Below the pieces are notes generated by a model. The model saw only the letters and a program-made list of their open reading frames with translations, did no database searches and was not told the DNA's origin. 64,000 nucleotides of DNA from Verrucomicrobiales bacterium (GTDB taxonomy: Bacteria > Verrucomicrobiota > Verrucomicrobiia > Verrucomicrobiales > V1-33): contig JANOAV010000033.1 in NCBI GenBank assembly GCA_031411295.1, positions 22,246 through 86,245 on the forward strand, read 5' to 3'. Shown here in pieces: positions 42,762 to 51,025 of the stretch; position 1 is the stretch's first letter; every line of letters begins with the position of its first letter. A program made the translations under genes and the position numbers.

Positions 42762-42800
42762 GGCTCATCCTCCCCCCTCTTTACTCCGATCCCTCCTTTC

Positions 42801-43559
42801 ATGCGCACCTTCCTTATTCTCCTTGGCAAAGAACTCCGCAGCTTCTTTCTATCGCCCGTGGCCTACATCGTGCTTGCGCTGTTCATGGTCATCAGTGGCT
42901 TCTCATTTTCCCAAGCCATCACCCTGCTGCGGGAGAAGCCCAGCGAAATGAGCATCGTCCAGTGGACGTTCTATCCCCGCTGGTTCTTCTTCTACTTCTT
43001 CTTCCTGTTCCCGCTCATCACCATGCGCTTGTTCGCTGAAGAGCAGAAGCTGGGCACGCTGGAATCCCTCCTCACCGCCCCGGTCCGCACCGTGCATGTG
43101 CTCCTGGCGAAGTATTTCTCCGCCGTCATTTTCTACTGTGTGCTGTGGCTGCCTAACCTGCTCTATATGGGCATCTTGCATTGGGTGGCGGATGGTCGGG
43201 TGGAGATTCCGACAGGTCCCCTTGCCGGAAGCTACCTCATCATTTTCCTCAGTGGCTTGTTCCATATCGCGATTGGATGTCTGGCTTCTGCGCTGACGAA
43301 AAACCAGATCGTGGCCGCCATCATTTGCTTCACCTTGATTCTCCTGCACTTCCTCATGGGCATGTTCCTGCTCCTCATGGCGGACAACTACCCGGTGGAA
43401 ATGACCGGCATCGTGAACTACTTCGCCACCACCCAGCACATGTCCTACTTCACTCGCGGGCTGATCGATTCCCGGGCCATCGTTTATTACCTGAGTTTCA
43501 CCGCCTTGTTGCTGGGGACCACCCATCAGGTGCTGGAATACCGCCGCTGGAAATCCTAA
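42801..43559 (+). CDS. ABC-2 permease (GldF-like)
   Basis: KELRSFFLSPVAY, TMRLFAEE..GTLE.LLT.P and NQIVAA motifs. Confidence 0.9.
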   Translation: MRTFLILLGKELRSFFLSPVAYIVLALFMVISGFSFSQAITLLREKPSEMSIVQWTFYPRWFFFYFFFLFPLITMRLFAEEQKLGTLESLLTAPVRTVHVLLAKYFSAVIFYCVLWLPNLLYMGILHWVADGRVEIPTGPLAGSYLIIFLSGLFHIAIGCLASALTKNQIVAAIICFTLILLHFLMGMFLLLMADNYPVEMTGIVNYFATTQHMSYFTRGLIDSRAIVYYLSFTALLLGTTHQVLEYRRWKS

Positions 43560-43585
43560 TCTTACTTCCCCTCCTTCCCTGACCC

Positions 43586-45172
43586 ATGTCTGAAGAAATC
43601 TCCCCCACCCCAGAGGCCGAAGTTACCCCGGACGCCATACCGCCGGAACCAATAGTGCCCCTCGTGCCGATTAACCGTCGTCGCATCGGTCTCAACGTCA
43701 CCCTGCAGATCCTGCTCGGCGTCTGCCTCTTTGGTCTCGTCAACTATCTGGGCCTGCGTCACTTCGTGCAGTGGGACAAGACCTATGATCGCGAGTTCAC
43801 GCTCTCCAATGACACCCTGACGTTTCTCAAGCAACTGGACAAGAAGCTGGCCGTGACCGTCATTTGCCACAAGGGCACGCCGGAGCACAAGGACGTCTGG
43901 CAACTGGTGGAAAGCTTCCATCGCGAAAGCAAAGGCAAGCTTAAAATCGAGCTGGTGGACCCGGTCAAAGACATCGAAGCGTTCGACAAAGTCTCCGCCG
44001 AAGCAGCCAAGCTGCGGATCAACGTGGGCGATCTTGGCATCCTTATCCGCGTCATCAAAAGCACCTCCGAAGCAGCAGAGAACCCCGACGCACCGCTGCC
44101 GGCAGCTAGCTTCATTCCGCTGAATTCAATGTTCGTTTACACCAAAGACGTGAACCAGAATCCCGTGCTCAGCGGCTTCAACGGGGAATCCGCCCTAACC
44201 GGTGGACTGATGTCCATTTCCGAAGGCAATCCGCCCAAGCTCTACATCGTCCACTTTGGGAAAAGCAAGTTGCGCAGCGTGCCCACCATGGGCAATGCCA
44301 TCAACGTGATCAGCAAGATGGCCGCGCGCCAGAATATGAAGCTGGTGCCGCTGCCACTCTACGAAACAGACCACATTCCCGAAGACGCCAGCGCGGTGTT
44401 GCTCGTAGGCTTGGACAACGACCTCTCGGCCCGTGAAATCGGCACCCTGCGGGAATACTGGCGCGGCAAAGGCCACGCGTTGTTCATCATGCTCAACCGT
44501 GCGGGCGACTACCCGATGCCGACCCTTAATGCCTTCCTGGCAGAAAATGGCGTCGTCCCCCAGGAAGACCGCGTGATGCGCACCTACGGCACGGCCACCG
44601 GCACCCAGAAGGTCTTCGAGAATACCGTGACCATCCTGGATAACAGCCCGATTACGAAGGCCCAGAAGGGTCTCGTCACCACCATTCCCGGTCGCAGCAG
44701 CTCGTTGAAACTCACTCCCGAGGCCGAACTCCCCCGCACCGAGAACATTGATATCAAGCCGCTCCTCAGCCCCACCACCGGCTATTGGGGGGAGAAAAAC
44801 TACGACGATGAATCCCCGCAAGCCGGTCCGGACGACAACGCCCCGCCGCTCTATACCGCTGCCTCCCTGGAGCGGGGAGCCTCGCGCGATGCCCAGATCA
44901 GCATGGACAGCTCCCGGATGGTCGTCATCGCAAATTGCTCCCTGTTAGACCCGGACATCCTCCTGCGGGAGAACCAGGATTTCGTGAACTCCTGCGTGAA
45001 CTGGTTGCTCCAGCGGGATAAATACATCGGCATCAACCCCACCCCGCGTTCCACCTACAGTTTGAAAATTACGCCGGAGCAAAAGAACCGCATCTTCGTC
45101 CTCACCACCATTGTGCTGCCGCTGGCCATCTTCCTGCTGGGCGTCTTCATCTGGGGATCGCGTCGTAGTTAA
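43586..45172 (+). CDS. GldG-like ABC auxiliary component
   Basis: D.T...FTLS..T, GESALT and N.DF..N..NWL motifs; N- and C-terminal transmembrane helices; operon context. Confidence 0.8.
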   Translation: MSEEISPTPEAEVTPDAIPPEPIVPLVPINRRRIGLNVTLQILLGVCLFGLVNYLGLRHFVQWDKTYDREFTLSNDTLTFLKQLDKKLAVTVICHKGTPEHKDVWQLVESFHRESKGKLKIELVDPVKDIEAFDKVSAEAAKLRINVGDLGILIRVIKSTSEAAENPDAPLPAASFIPLNSMFVYTKDVNQNPVLSGFNGESALTGGLMSISEGNPPKLYIVHFGKSKLRSVPTMGNAINVISKMAARQNMKLVPLPLYETDHIPEDASAVLLVGLDNDLSAREIGTLREYWRGKGHALFIMLNRAGDYPMPTLNAFLAENGVVPQEDRVMRTYGTATGTQKVFENTVTILDNSPITKAQKGLVTTIPGRSSSLKLTPEAELPRTENIDIKPLLSPTTGYWGEKNYDDESPQAGPDDNAPPLYTAASLERGASRDAQISMDSSRMVVIANCSLLDPDILLRENQDFVNSCVNWLLQRDKYIGINPTPRSTYSLKITPEQKNRIFVLTTIVLPLAIFLLGVFIWGSRRS

Positions 45173-45192
45173 TCTTCCTCCTTCTCCCCTCC

Positions 45193-47094
45193 ATGCGCAC
45201 CCGCACCACTCTGCTCTTACTATTTCTCGTTGCTGCCTTGGCCAGCTTCATCTGGTATTGGGAGCGCCATCAGCAATCCACCTTGGAGCGGCGGCAAGCG
45301 GGATCGCTCACCAGTCTGGACCTAACCAAGATTGATTCCATCGAAATCCAAAATGCCAGCGGCACCGCCAAGCTGAAGTTGAAAGCCGATAACACCTGGT
45401 TTCTCACCGACCCGTTCGACGACCGCGTGGCTCCGGAGTTTATGCAACGGCTGCTCGATCTGGCTACCAAGGCGGAAATCGCGGACACCCTGTTGGAAAA
45501 AGACGTCAAGGATTCGGATCGCAAATCCTATGGCCTCAGTGAGAAAGAAGCCATCACCATCGCCTGGCGCTCCGGTGGCAAGACCGTGGGAAAACTCAAG
45601 TTAGGGAAAATCGGAGCGTTAGGCGATACCGTGTATGCCGAAGCTCCGGGAAACAAGACCTACTCGGACATCTATCTCATCTGGGCCCGCCCGGATGCCA
45701 AATCCACCAACTTACGGGATGAAATCGCTCGACCGCTCACAGAAATGCGGGATCTGAAACTCCTGCCGTTCTCCTCCGGTAAAATTGTCAGTTTCTCCAT
45801 CCGCCGCCCCGGCACCGCGGGCGAAATGCAGGTGCAACGCAAGCTCATAGCCGCCGACGAAGCCACCCCCTGGTCATTTACCAAACCGCTCAAAGCCCGG
45901 GGCGATCAAAAGCGCATCGATGATTTCGTCGGCCTCTTCGGCACCGCCCGGGCCACCAAACTCCTGGCCCCCGGCTCTGCGCCCAAAGACCTGCCCGCCG
46001 CTCCCGCCGTCGAATTGCAATTTCAGACTGATCCCGCCGCCAAGGGCACCATCATCCGACTCTATCCACCGGAAACGCCGGGATCAGCCAGCATCAATGG
46101 ATACCTTGCAGACCGCAAAGCTTGGATCTCCATTGAAGCGGGATTCCTTCAATCCATCCCAGCCTCCCCCAACGACCTGCGGGCCCCCACCCTGACGGAT
46201 CTGGACTCCAAGAAGCTCACCACCATCTTAATCCAAACCGCCGAAGTGGACCCCATCTCCCTCTACCGCATCGGCAACCGCTGGGTCATGCAGAAGGCAG
46301 ACAAGAGCTTCATCAAAGCCAGCGGAGACCGCGTTAGCAAAACCATCCAGGCGCTCAACACCGCCGAGATCGGCAGGTTCGTCACCGACTCCCTCACCAA
46401 TCCCGCCGAATATGGCTTGGATGCCCCCTGGCAGACGATCACTTTTGCCTCCCCACTGCACACCCCGCAACAAATCGAAAAGATCACCCCGGAGAACAGC
46501 ATCGTCCTCCAATTCGGCAAAGGCCCGGATCAGCGGCTCTACGCCAACTTCAAAGGAGAGAGCAGCGTTTACCTCATGCTCCCCGAGCATTACAGCCTCG
46601 TGCCTTTCCTACCCATCAAATGGAAGGACCCGCAAATCCTCTCCTTCACCCGCCCCAGCGTCCGTCGTTTCCAACAGACCCTCGGCACCGCCCCGCCCGT
46701 GACCCTTGCCAGCCCGCCCCAGAGCTTCACCTTCATCGCTTCCAGTGGCGGCAGCAACGTGAGCAGCCTCCTCCTCAAGGAACCAGTGGAACGCATGCTC
46801 GCCCGCCTCGGCTCCCTCAACGTAGCCGACTGGGTCTCCGGGCTGCAAGAAGGACACGACGCCCTCCAGACCCCCGCACTGGAACTGGAATTGGACATTG
46901 AATACGCCGACGGCAAAGATCCCGCCAACTTCGATGCCGCCAAGACCAAGACCGTGAAACTCAGCTTCGCCCCCGCCGGCAGCGCAGCCAAAGCCCTCTT
47001 CTACATCGGCAGTTGCACCGATATCTCCGACTACTTCCTCATCACCCGGGAAGTCTTCCAGGAACTCTCCACTCCGCTCCTGAAGCGCGAGTAA
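45193..47094 (+). CDS. DUF4340-domain membrane-anchored protein
   Basis: N-terminal anchor; repeated YGL..P and W....P modules; typical fourth gene of GldAFG-like operons. Confidence 0.72.
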   Translation: MRTRTTLLLLFLVAALASFIWYWERHQQSTLERRQAGSLTSLDLTKIDSIEIQNASGTAKLKLKADNTWFLTDPFDDRVAPEFMQRLLDLATKAEIADTLLEKDVKDSDRKSYGLSEKEAITIAWRSGGKTVGKLKLGKIGALGDTVYAEAPGNKTYSDIYLIWARPDAKSTNLRDEIARPLTEMRDLKLLPFSSGKIVSFSIRRPGTAGEMQVQRKLIAADEATPWSFTKPLKARGDQKRIDDFVGLFGTARATKLLAPGSAPKDLPAAPAVELQFQTDPAAKGTIIRLYPPETPGSASINGYLADRKAWISIEAGFLQSIPASPNDLRAPTLTDLDSKKLTTILIQTAEVDPISLYRIGNRWVMQKADKSFIKASGDRVSKTIQALNTAEIGRFVTDSLTNPAEYGLDAPWQTITFASPLHTPQQIEKITPENSIVLQFGKGPDQRLYANFKGESSVYLMLPEHYSLVPFLPIKWKDPQILSFTRPSVRRFQQTLGTAPPVTLASPPQSFTFIASSGGSNVSSLLLKEPVERMLARLGSLNVADWVSGLQEGHDALQTPALELELDIEYADGKDPANFDAAKTKTVKLSFAPAGSAAKALFYIGSCTDISDYFLITREVFQELSTPLLKRE

Positions 47095-47107
47095 ACATGC
47101 CACCCAA

Positions 47108-47130
47108 GTTGGAGTTCGGGCTTCAGCCCG
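47108..47130 (+). repeat. REP-like palindrome GTTGGAGTTCGGGCTTCAGCCCG
   Basis: CGGGCT-TC-AGCCCG hairpin with a GGAG head; related to the units at 161-181 and 58881-58963. Confidence 0.6.
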
Positions 47131-47201
47131 TCAGCATCCCCCAAGTGCGATCTGATCCCAACCAACGCCTTGCGCCCATTTCCACGCCACAACTTTAGCT
47201 C

Positions 47202-47579
47202 ATGAGCTTCCGCCGCATCATCGCACACCTGCTGCCGGCACTAGCTTACGGTGGGCTCTGCCACGCCTTCGCGTTTGGCCTGCTGCTGACGCGCTACCAC
47301 GGCTACCCGGATGTCGATATCCCCGGAGGTATCTTTTACTATTTCGACATCTGCGGACAACAATGGCCGACGTTTCCGATTCTCGTAACTCTGTTCTCAC
47401 TGCTCATCGTGATTCCGACTCTGGTGGCCCTCGTCGTCGCGTGGCGTCGCCCCATCGTGCCGTTGGAGAGTGCTGATGCGGTTACCGTCCACTTGATTAC
47501 CCTTTTGCTTTCGCTCTTGGTAAATGGCGTCCTCTGCCTCGCGTTCGCGCTCGAGAGCTGGAACCGAGATTCATTTTGA
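47202..47579 (+). CDS. Small hypothetical membrane protein with three transmembrane helices
   Basis: 125 aa ORF with three hydrophobic segments. Confidence 0.55.
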   Translation: MSFRRIIAHLLPALAYGGLCHAFAFGLLLTRYHGYPDVDIPGGIFYYFDICGQQWPTFPILVTLFSLLIVIPTLVALVVAWRRPIVPLESADAVTVHLITLLLSLLVNGVLCLAFALESWNRDSF

Positions 47580-47628
47580 TGCGGCACAACCGCTAAGCCG
47601 ACTGAAACAAGCAACGTAGTCATGGACT

Positions 47629-48020
47629 GGGGTGTTCAAAAAGGGGCTTTAAAACGGGAATTCGTTCCTGCGTTATTCAAGTCGGCACCTTCCGTTTCCA
47701 CAGTCAGCATAGTCCTGTAAGGACGGAACACCAAAGCCCAGGGTGGAGCGAAGCGCAACCCTGGGTATCCGCCACCGTTGGATCTAAGCCCTGGAGGGGC
47801 GAGACAATAACAACACCCAGCGTCCAGGCCCCGCTGACTGCTCACGATCCAATGTCATGCCCTTTCAGGGCTCATTTCATGTGGTGAATCTTTCCCAGGG
47901 TTGCGCTTCGCTCCACCCTGGGCTTTGTTGTGTCGTCCTTACAGGACTAAGCGACGCTAAATGCGCGCATCGTGCTTTCTTAAATCGCGCAGGATAGATT
48001 CACGAATTTTTGAACACCCC
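47629..48020. mobile_element. MITE-like element (392 bp) with perfect terminal inverted repeats and flanking direct repeats
   Basis: TIR GGGGTGTTCAAAAA at 47629-47642 and TTTTTGAACACCCC at 48007-48020; AGTCATGGACT repeated at 47618-47628 and 48021-48031; no transposase. Confidence 0.8.
47710..47949. repeat. Long inverted REP-type doublet inside the MITE
   Basis: 47710-47806 (TAGTCCTGTAAGGACG...AAAGCCCAGGGTGGAGCGAAGCGCAACCCTGGG...AGCCCTGGAGGGGCGAGACA) is mirrored at about 47853-47949. Confidence 0.85.
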
Positions 48021-48185
48021 AGTCATGGACTTTAGTCCATCGCATCACCCGCCGCCGCTCCTCGCTCGGCCACTGCGGGGCAGACTTAAGTTCCACTGGC
48101 TAGCACGTCAGAAAAGGTGACGATCCCGGCGGGACATTTGTCGGTTGGAGCCAACTTCAAGCTGTTCTGTCCCAGTTTGCACGCA

Positions 48186-48353
48186 ATTATTTTGGATAGA
48201 CATGAAATTATTTTCACTCATAACGCTATTTGTTTGCCATAAAATATATTGTTTTTGCAACTGCACATGCCCATTTGGCCTAGAACCGATATTTTCGCTT
48301 ATATCAATACTATTATTTCTCATCTGACGGTCTTGATTTCTCTCAATCTTGCT
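48186..48353. repeat. Degenerate 21-bp periodic AT-rich array (about 8 units)
   Basis: Units start at 48186, 48207, 48228, 48249, 48270, 48291, 48312 and 48333; most begin ATTATTT, ATTTGTTT, TTGTTTT or TTGATTT. Confidence 0.6.
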
Positions 48354-48366
48354 CCAAATTAACCCC

Positions 48367-49071
48367 ATGCCCGTCTCCGCCCATCTCGATTACAAGCCCG
48401 TCCTCGATGAATTCCTCGCCCACTGGGCCATGGTGGATTCAGCCTTGGGGGCCGATCCCATCGTTTTAGCGCAGGGATTGAATCGGGCTGGGTTGCAGGC
48501 TCTGCGGGGGGACTTGGCTACTAAATTCACCGATTTCACCCACTTGGAGAACGATCTGGAGCTGGCGGGGGGATCCCTGGCCCTGCGGAAGACCGCCTTG
48601 CTGGGCAGAATCGTGCAGTTTAACGGCGTGGTGCGCGCGTGGTGGCATGGCCAGCCCCTGGGGGAAGTCCTGCCGCTGGCCCCGTCCGTCGGAGCCGCCC
48701 CAGAGCGCTACCTGCAAGTCGCCCGACACATCCTCTGGCTCTGGAACAAACTCAACGGCAGCCCCGCCCCCACCGGCATCACCCTGCCCCTGCGGCTGGG
48801 GGCAAATCACGACTACGGCCGCCCGGAGTTCCTCGCAGATGTCACCGCCTTCGACACCGACCGCATCGCCCACGAGACCGCCGACCTGGAATTAGCCCTC
48901 TGGCGCGCCCAGCGGGACACCCTGGAGCGCACCATCCACCAAGCCCTCGTCGCCTACGCCCGCTCCGTCATCGCCCGCCTCGGCCCGGATGCCGCCCTGA
49001 CCCACACCCTCCCCCGCCTCACCCCACCCCAAAAGAAGCGCCCCAAACCACAGCCTACGCCCCCACCATAA
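48367..49071 (+). CDS. Hypothetical helical protein, paralog of 57769-58794 that lacks the C-terminal beta domain
   Basis: Shared motifs Y.P..D.F.AHW..V, R..W.G..L...P..PS and PAP.G.TLPL.L. Confidence 0.7.
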   Translation: MPVSAHLDYKPVLDEFLAHWAMVDSALGADPIVLAQGLNRAGLQALRGDLATKFTDFTHLENDLELAGGSLALRKTALLGRIVQFNGVVRAWWHGQPLGEVLPLAPSVGAAPERYLQVARHILWLWNKLNGSPAPTGITLPLRLGANHDYGRPEFLADVTAFDTDRIAHETADLELALWRAQRDTLERTIHQALVAYARSVIARLGPDAALTHTLPRLTPPQKKRPKPQPTPPP

Positions 49072-49073
49072 CC

Positions 49074-49273
49074 GAATGTGGGACCGCCCGCTGGGCTGCT
49101 CCAAAAAAGAACATGTGCCGACTGTCCCCAGTCGGCCCCACCCGTAGCCAACCCAATCCAATCCAATTGGCTCGGCAAAGGAATCCACCGCCCAGAATGT
49201 GGGACAGCCCGCTGGGCTGCTCCAAAAAGAACGTGTGCCGACTGTCCCCAGTCGGCCCCACCCGCAGCCAACC
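49074..49273. repeat. Two direct copies (about 80 bp) of a convergent REP pair (BIME-like)
   Basis: 49074-49153 and 49195-49273 are nearly identical. Each has GTGGGAC(A/C)GCCCGCTGGGCTG and GCCGACTGTCCCCAGTCGGCCCCAC hairpins. Confidence 0.85.
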
Positions 49274-49370
49274 ACCGTCCAAAATGATAGCAAAGACACA
49301 GGCCTGAGCGCAAAGGAATGCCGAGCCACCGGGAAATAAAATTCCTTCGCCTCCATTTCTCAATGGCTCT

Positions 49371-49468
49371 TAGTCCTGTAAGGACGAGGCATCAAAGCCC
49401 TGGGTGAAGCAACGCGTAACCCAGGGGCATGCAACGCCCAGAAAGCAAAGCCCTGAATGGGCGAGACA
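49371..49468 (+). repeat. Single arm of the REP-type unit seen at 47710-47806
   Basis: TAGTCCTGTAAGGACG...AAAGCCCTGGGTGAAGC...AACCCAGGG...AGCCCTGAATGGGCGAGACA. Confidence 0.8.
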
Positions 49469-49522
49469 CCGCAGCACGAGTCTCTATTTGCCTTTTCCCT
49501 TAATCCGATCCAGTGTCCACCC

Positions 49523-49741
49523 ATGATCACCGTAGAAAAACAACTCGCCATCGTAGCCATGGGACTACCGCCCAAGAAGCGGGCCAAGCTGGCTGGACTG
49601 CTCTTGGAAAGCCTTGCGAGTGACCGGGAGGCCGCCTTGTCCCAAATGTGGGCAGACGAAGCCCAAGCCCGTTCCAAAGCATTGGCGGCTGGCAAGCTCA
49701 AGACCGTCTCCGTGCAGAAAGCCTTCGGTTTCAAGGCATGA
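49523..49741 (+). CDS. Putative addiction-module antitoxin component
   Basis: LPPKKRAKLA..LLESL...W.DEA..R......G...V pattern; ATGA overlap with a ParE-like ORF. Confidence 0.75.
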   Translation: MITVEKQLAIVAMGLPPKKRAKLAGLLLESLASDREAALSQMWADEAQARSKALAAGKLKTVSVQKAFGFKA

Positions 49742-49899
49742 AGGTGGAGGTTCTGGAGTTAGCCAAGCAGGAGTTCGATGAGGCGTTCTCCTACTATGAA
49801 GCCTGCCGGAAATCGGGAGTTGTCTGGGCAAAAAGAAACCCCGGAGCCTATCTGTCGCAAGCGGCAGAGGAAGGGATTCCGGGGTCAACGTCGCTATAG
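49738..49899 (+). pseudogene. Truncated ParE/RelE-family toxin
   Basis: MKVEVLELAKQEFDEAFSYYE is a typical ParE N-terminus. After about 21 aa the ORF runs into unrelated sequence and stops at 53 aa. Confidence 0.7.
49830..49889 (-). ncRNA. Candidate ~60-nt hairpin RNA divergent from the abi gene (possible RNA antitoxin)
   Basis: Outer stem ACCCCGGA/TCCGGGGT and inner stem TCTGTCG/CGGCAGA; U-tract on the minus strand; upstream promoter at 49896-49924. Confidence 0.55.
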
Positions 49900-49924
49900 T
49901 GCACTGTTTTTTAATTTCACGCAA
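49896..49924 (-). promoter_or_regulatory. Putative sigma70 promoter TTGCGT-17-CACTAT driving the hairpin RNA
   Basis: Minus strand reads TTGCGT gaaattaaaaaacagtg CACTAT, then 6 nt to the G that starts the hairpin. Confidence 0.5.
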
Positions 49925-49926
49925 GT

Positions 49927-50595
49927 ATGAACGCCCAATTTTTTCAGCAAATAGAACCCATCCTAGCCGCGGAGCGCCTGAGTTCATATCGGCACGATGG
50001 TGCGACACCAGCCATGGCACTGGCGCGCTATCTTCTTAACACAGCCCTCAGCGAAGCACTCTATCCTGTGTTACAGTTCGCAGAGATCGCGCTTCGTAAC
50101 GCGATCCATGCAGAACTCTCCGCGCGGGCAGGCACGGCGGATTGGTTCGATAGCATCACCCTCACGCCGTGGCAGATGCAAAAAGTCCACGAAGCCAAGG
50201 ACTCACTGTATCGGGCAGGAAAGCCCGCCACGGCTGGTGCTATGGTGGCGGAACTTGTCTTCGGATTTTGGACAGGTTTTTTCAATAACGCCCATTCCAG
50301 AACGGGCTTAGGCCATTTGCTGGCCCGACGCTGCTTCGCCCATGCGCCACGTTCAGCGCGCAATCTGAGGGACCTGGATGCCTCTTGGAAACAAATTCGC
50401 GATCTCCGCAACCGAATCTTCCATCACGAGCGCATTCTGCACTGGAGAGATCTCGACGCCCAACATGCCGCCATCTTGGAAATGATCCGCTGGATCAGTC
50501 CAGAATTGTTGGAACTAACGCGGGTCGTGGATCGCTTTCCTCAAGTAAGGATCGCTGGATTGCTTCCCTGGCAGGAGAGAATCAAACACCAGTAA
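49927..50595 (+). CDS. Abi-family (Abi_2 / AbiD-AbiF-like) HEPN protein
   Basis: ERL.SY, EIALRNAI and VAEL.FGFW motifs; HEPN R-x4-H in LRNRIFHHE. Confidence 0.8.
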   Translation: MNAQFFQQIEPILAAERLSSYRHDGATPAMALARYLLNTALSEALYPVLQFAEIALRNAIHAELSARAGTADWFDSITLTPWQMQKVHEAKDSLYRAGKPATAGAMVAELVFGFWTGFFNNAHSRTGLGHLLARRCFAHAPRSARNLRDLDASWKQIRDLRNRIFHHERILHWRDLDAQHAAILEMIRWISPELLELTRVVDRFPQVRIAGLLPWQERIKHQ

Positions 50596-50714
50596 GCAGC
50601 TGCGCGACTGCATCCGTGGCATGAGATTTCTGTTTCCCTCCCCCGGATTTCACCCCATCCTAGCCCCGCTGCCTCCCTCGAACTTGAACTTCCCATCTTG
50701 AACTCCCGCCTCCC

Positions 50715-50924
50715 ATGCCCGATCCCACCGCCCACATGTCCCCAGAGGAAGCAGCCGCTTACACCAAAGCCTTACAAAAGATCGAAGCCTGCCGGAAATC
50801 TGGAAGGACCGTGTTGAATTTGGCCGGCTGCACGGAAAGCCTCTGCGAAGCCGATTTCAACTCCGACCATTTGAACTTCATTCATTGCGAATCCCACTGG
50901 GCGCTGGGGACATCGCCGCCGTAG
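50715..50924 (+). pseudogene. Stub resembling the N-terminal cap of an LRR (possibly Roc-COR) protein
   Basis: AYTKALQKIEACRKSGRTVLNLAG matches the A..RI..C...G...LDL.G cap; no LRR units follow. Confidence 0.5.
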
Positions 50925-51025
50925 GTGCAGGTTACCCTGTGAATTGTGTCGAATTTGACTATAAGTGCGGTATTGAGGTCATCTGGCGGAAATATTTCTA
51001 TATTTTCAGCCACGTAGCGCTTCTT

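Noticed and set aside
47095..48110. Integron cassette / attC sites around the small membrane gene
   Set aside because: There is no convincing RYYYAAC...GTTRRRY pair with internal symmetry and no integrase.
49074..49273. Possible CRISPR array
   Set aside because: There are only two ~80-bp units made of REP-like hairpins and no cas genes; it fits a BIME-like repeat.
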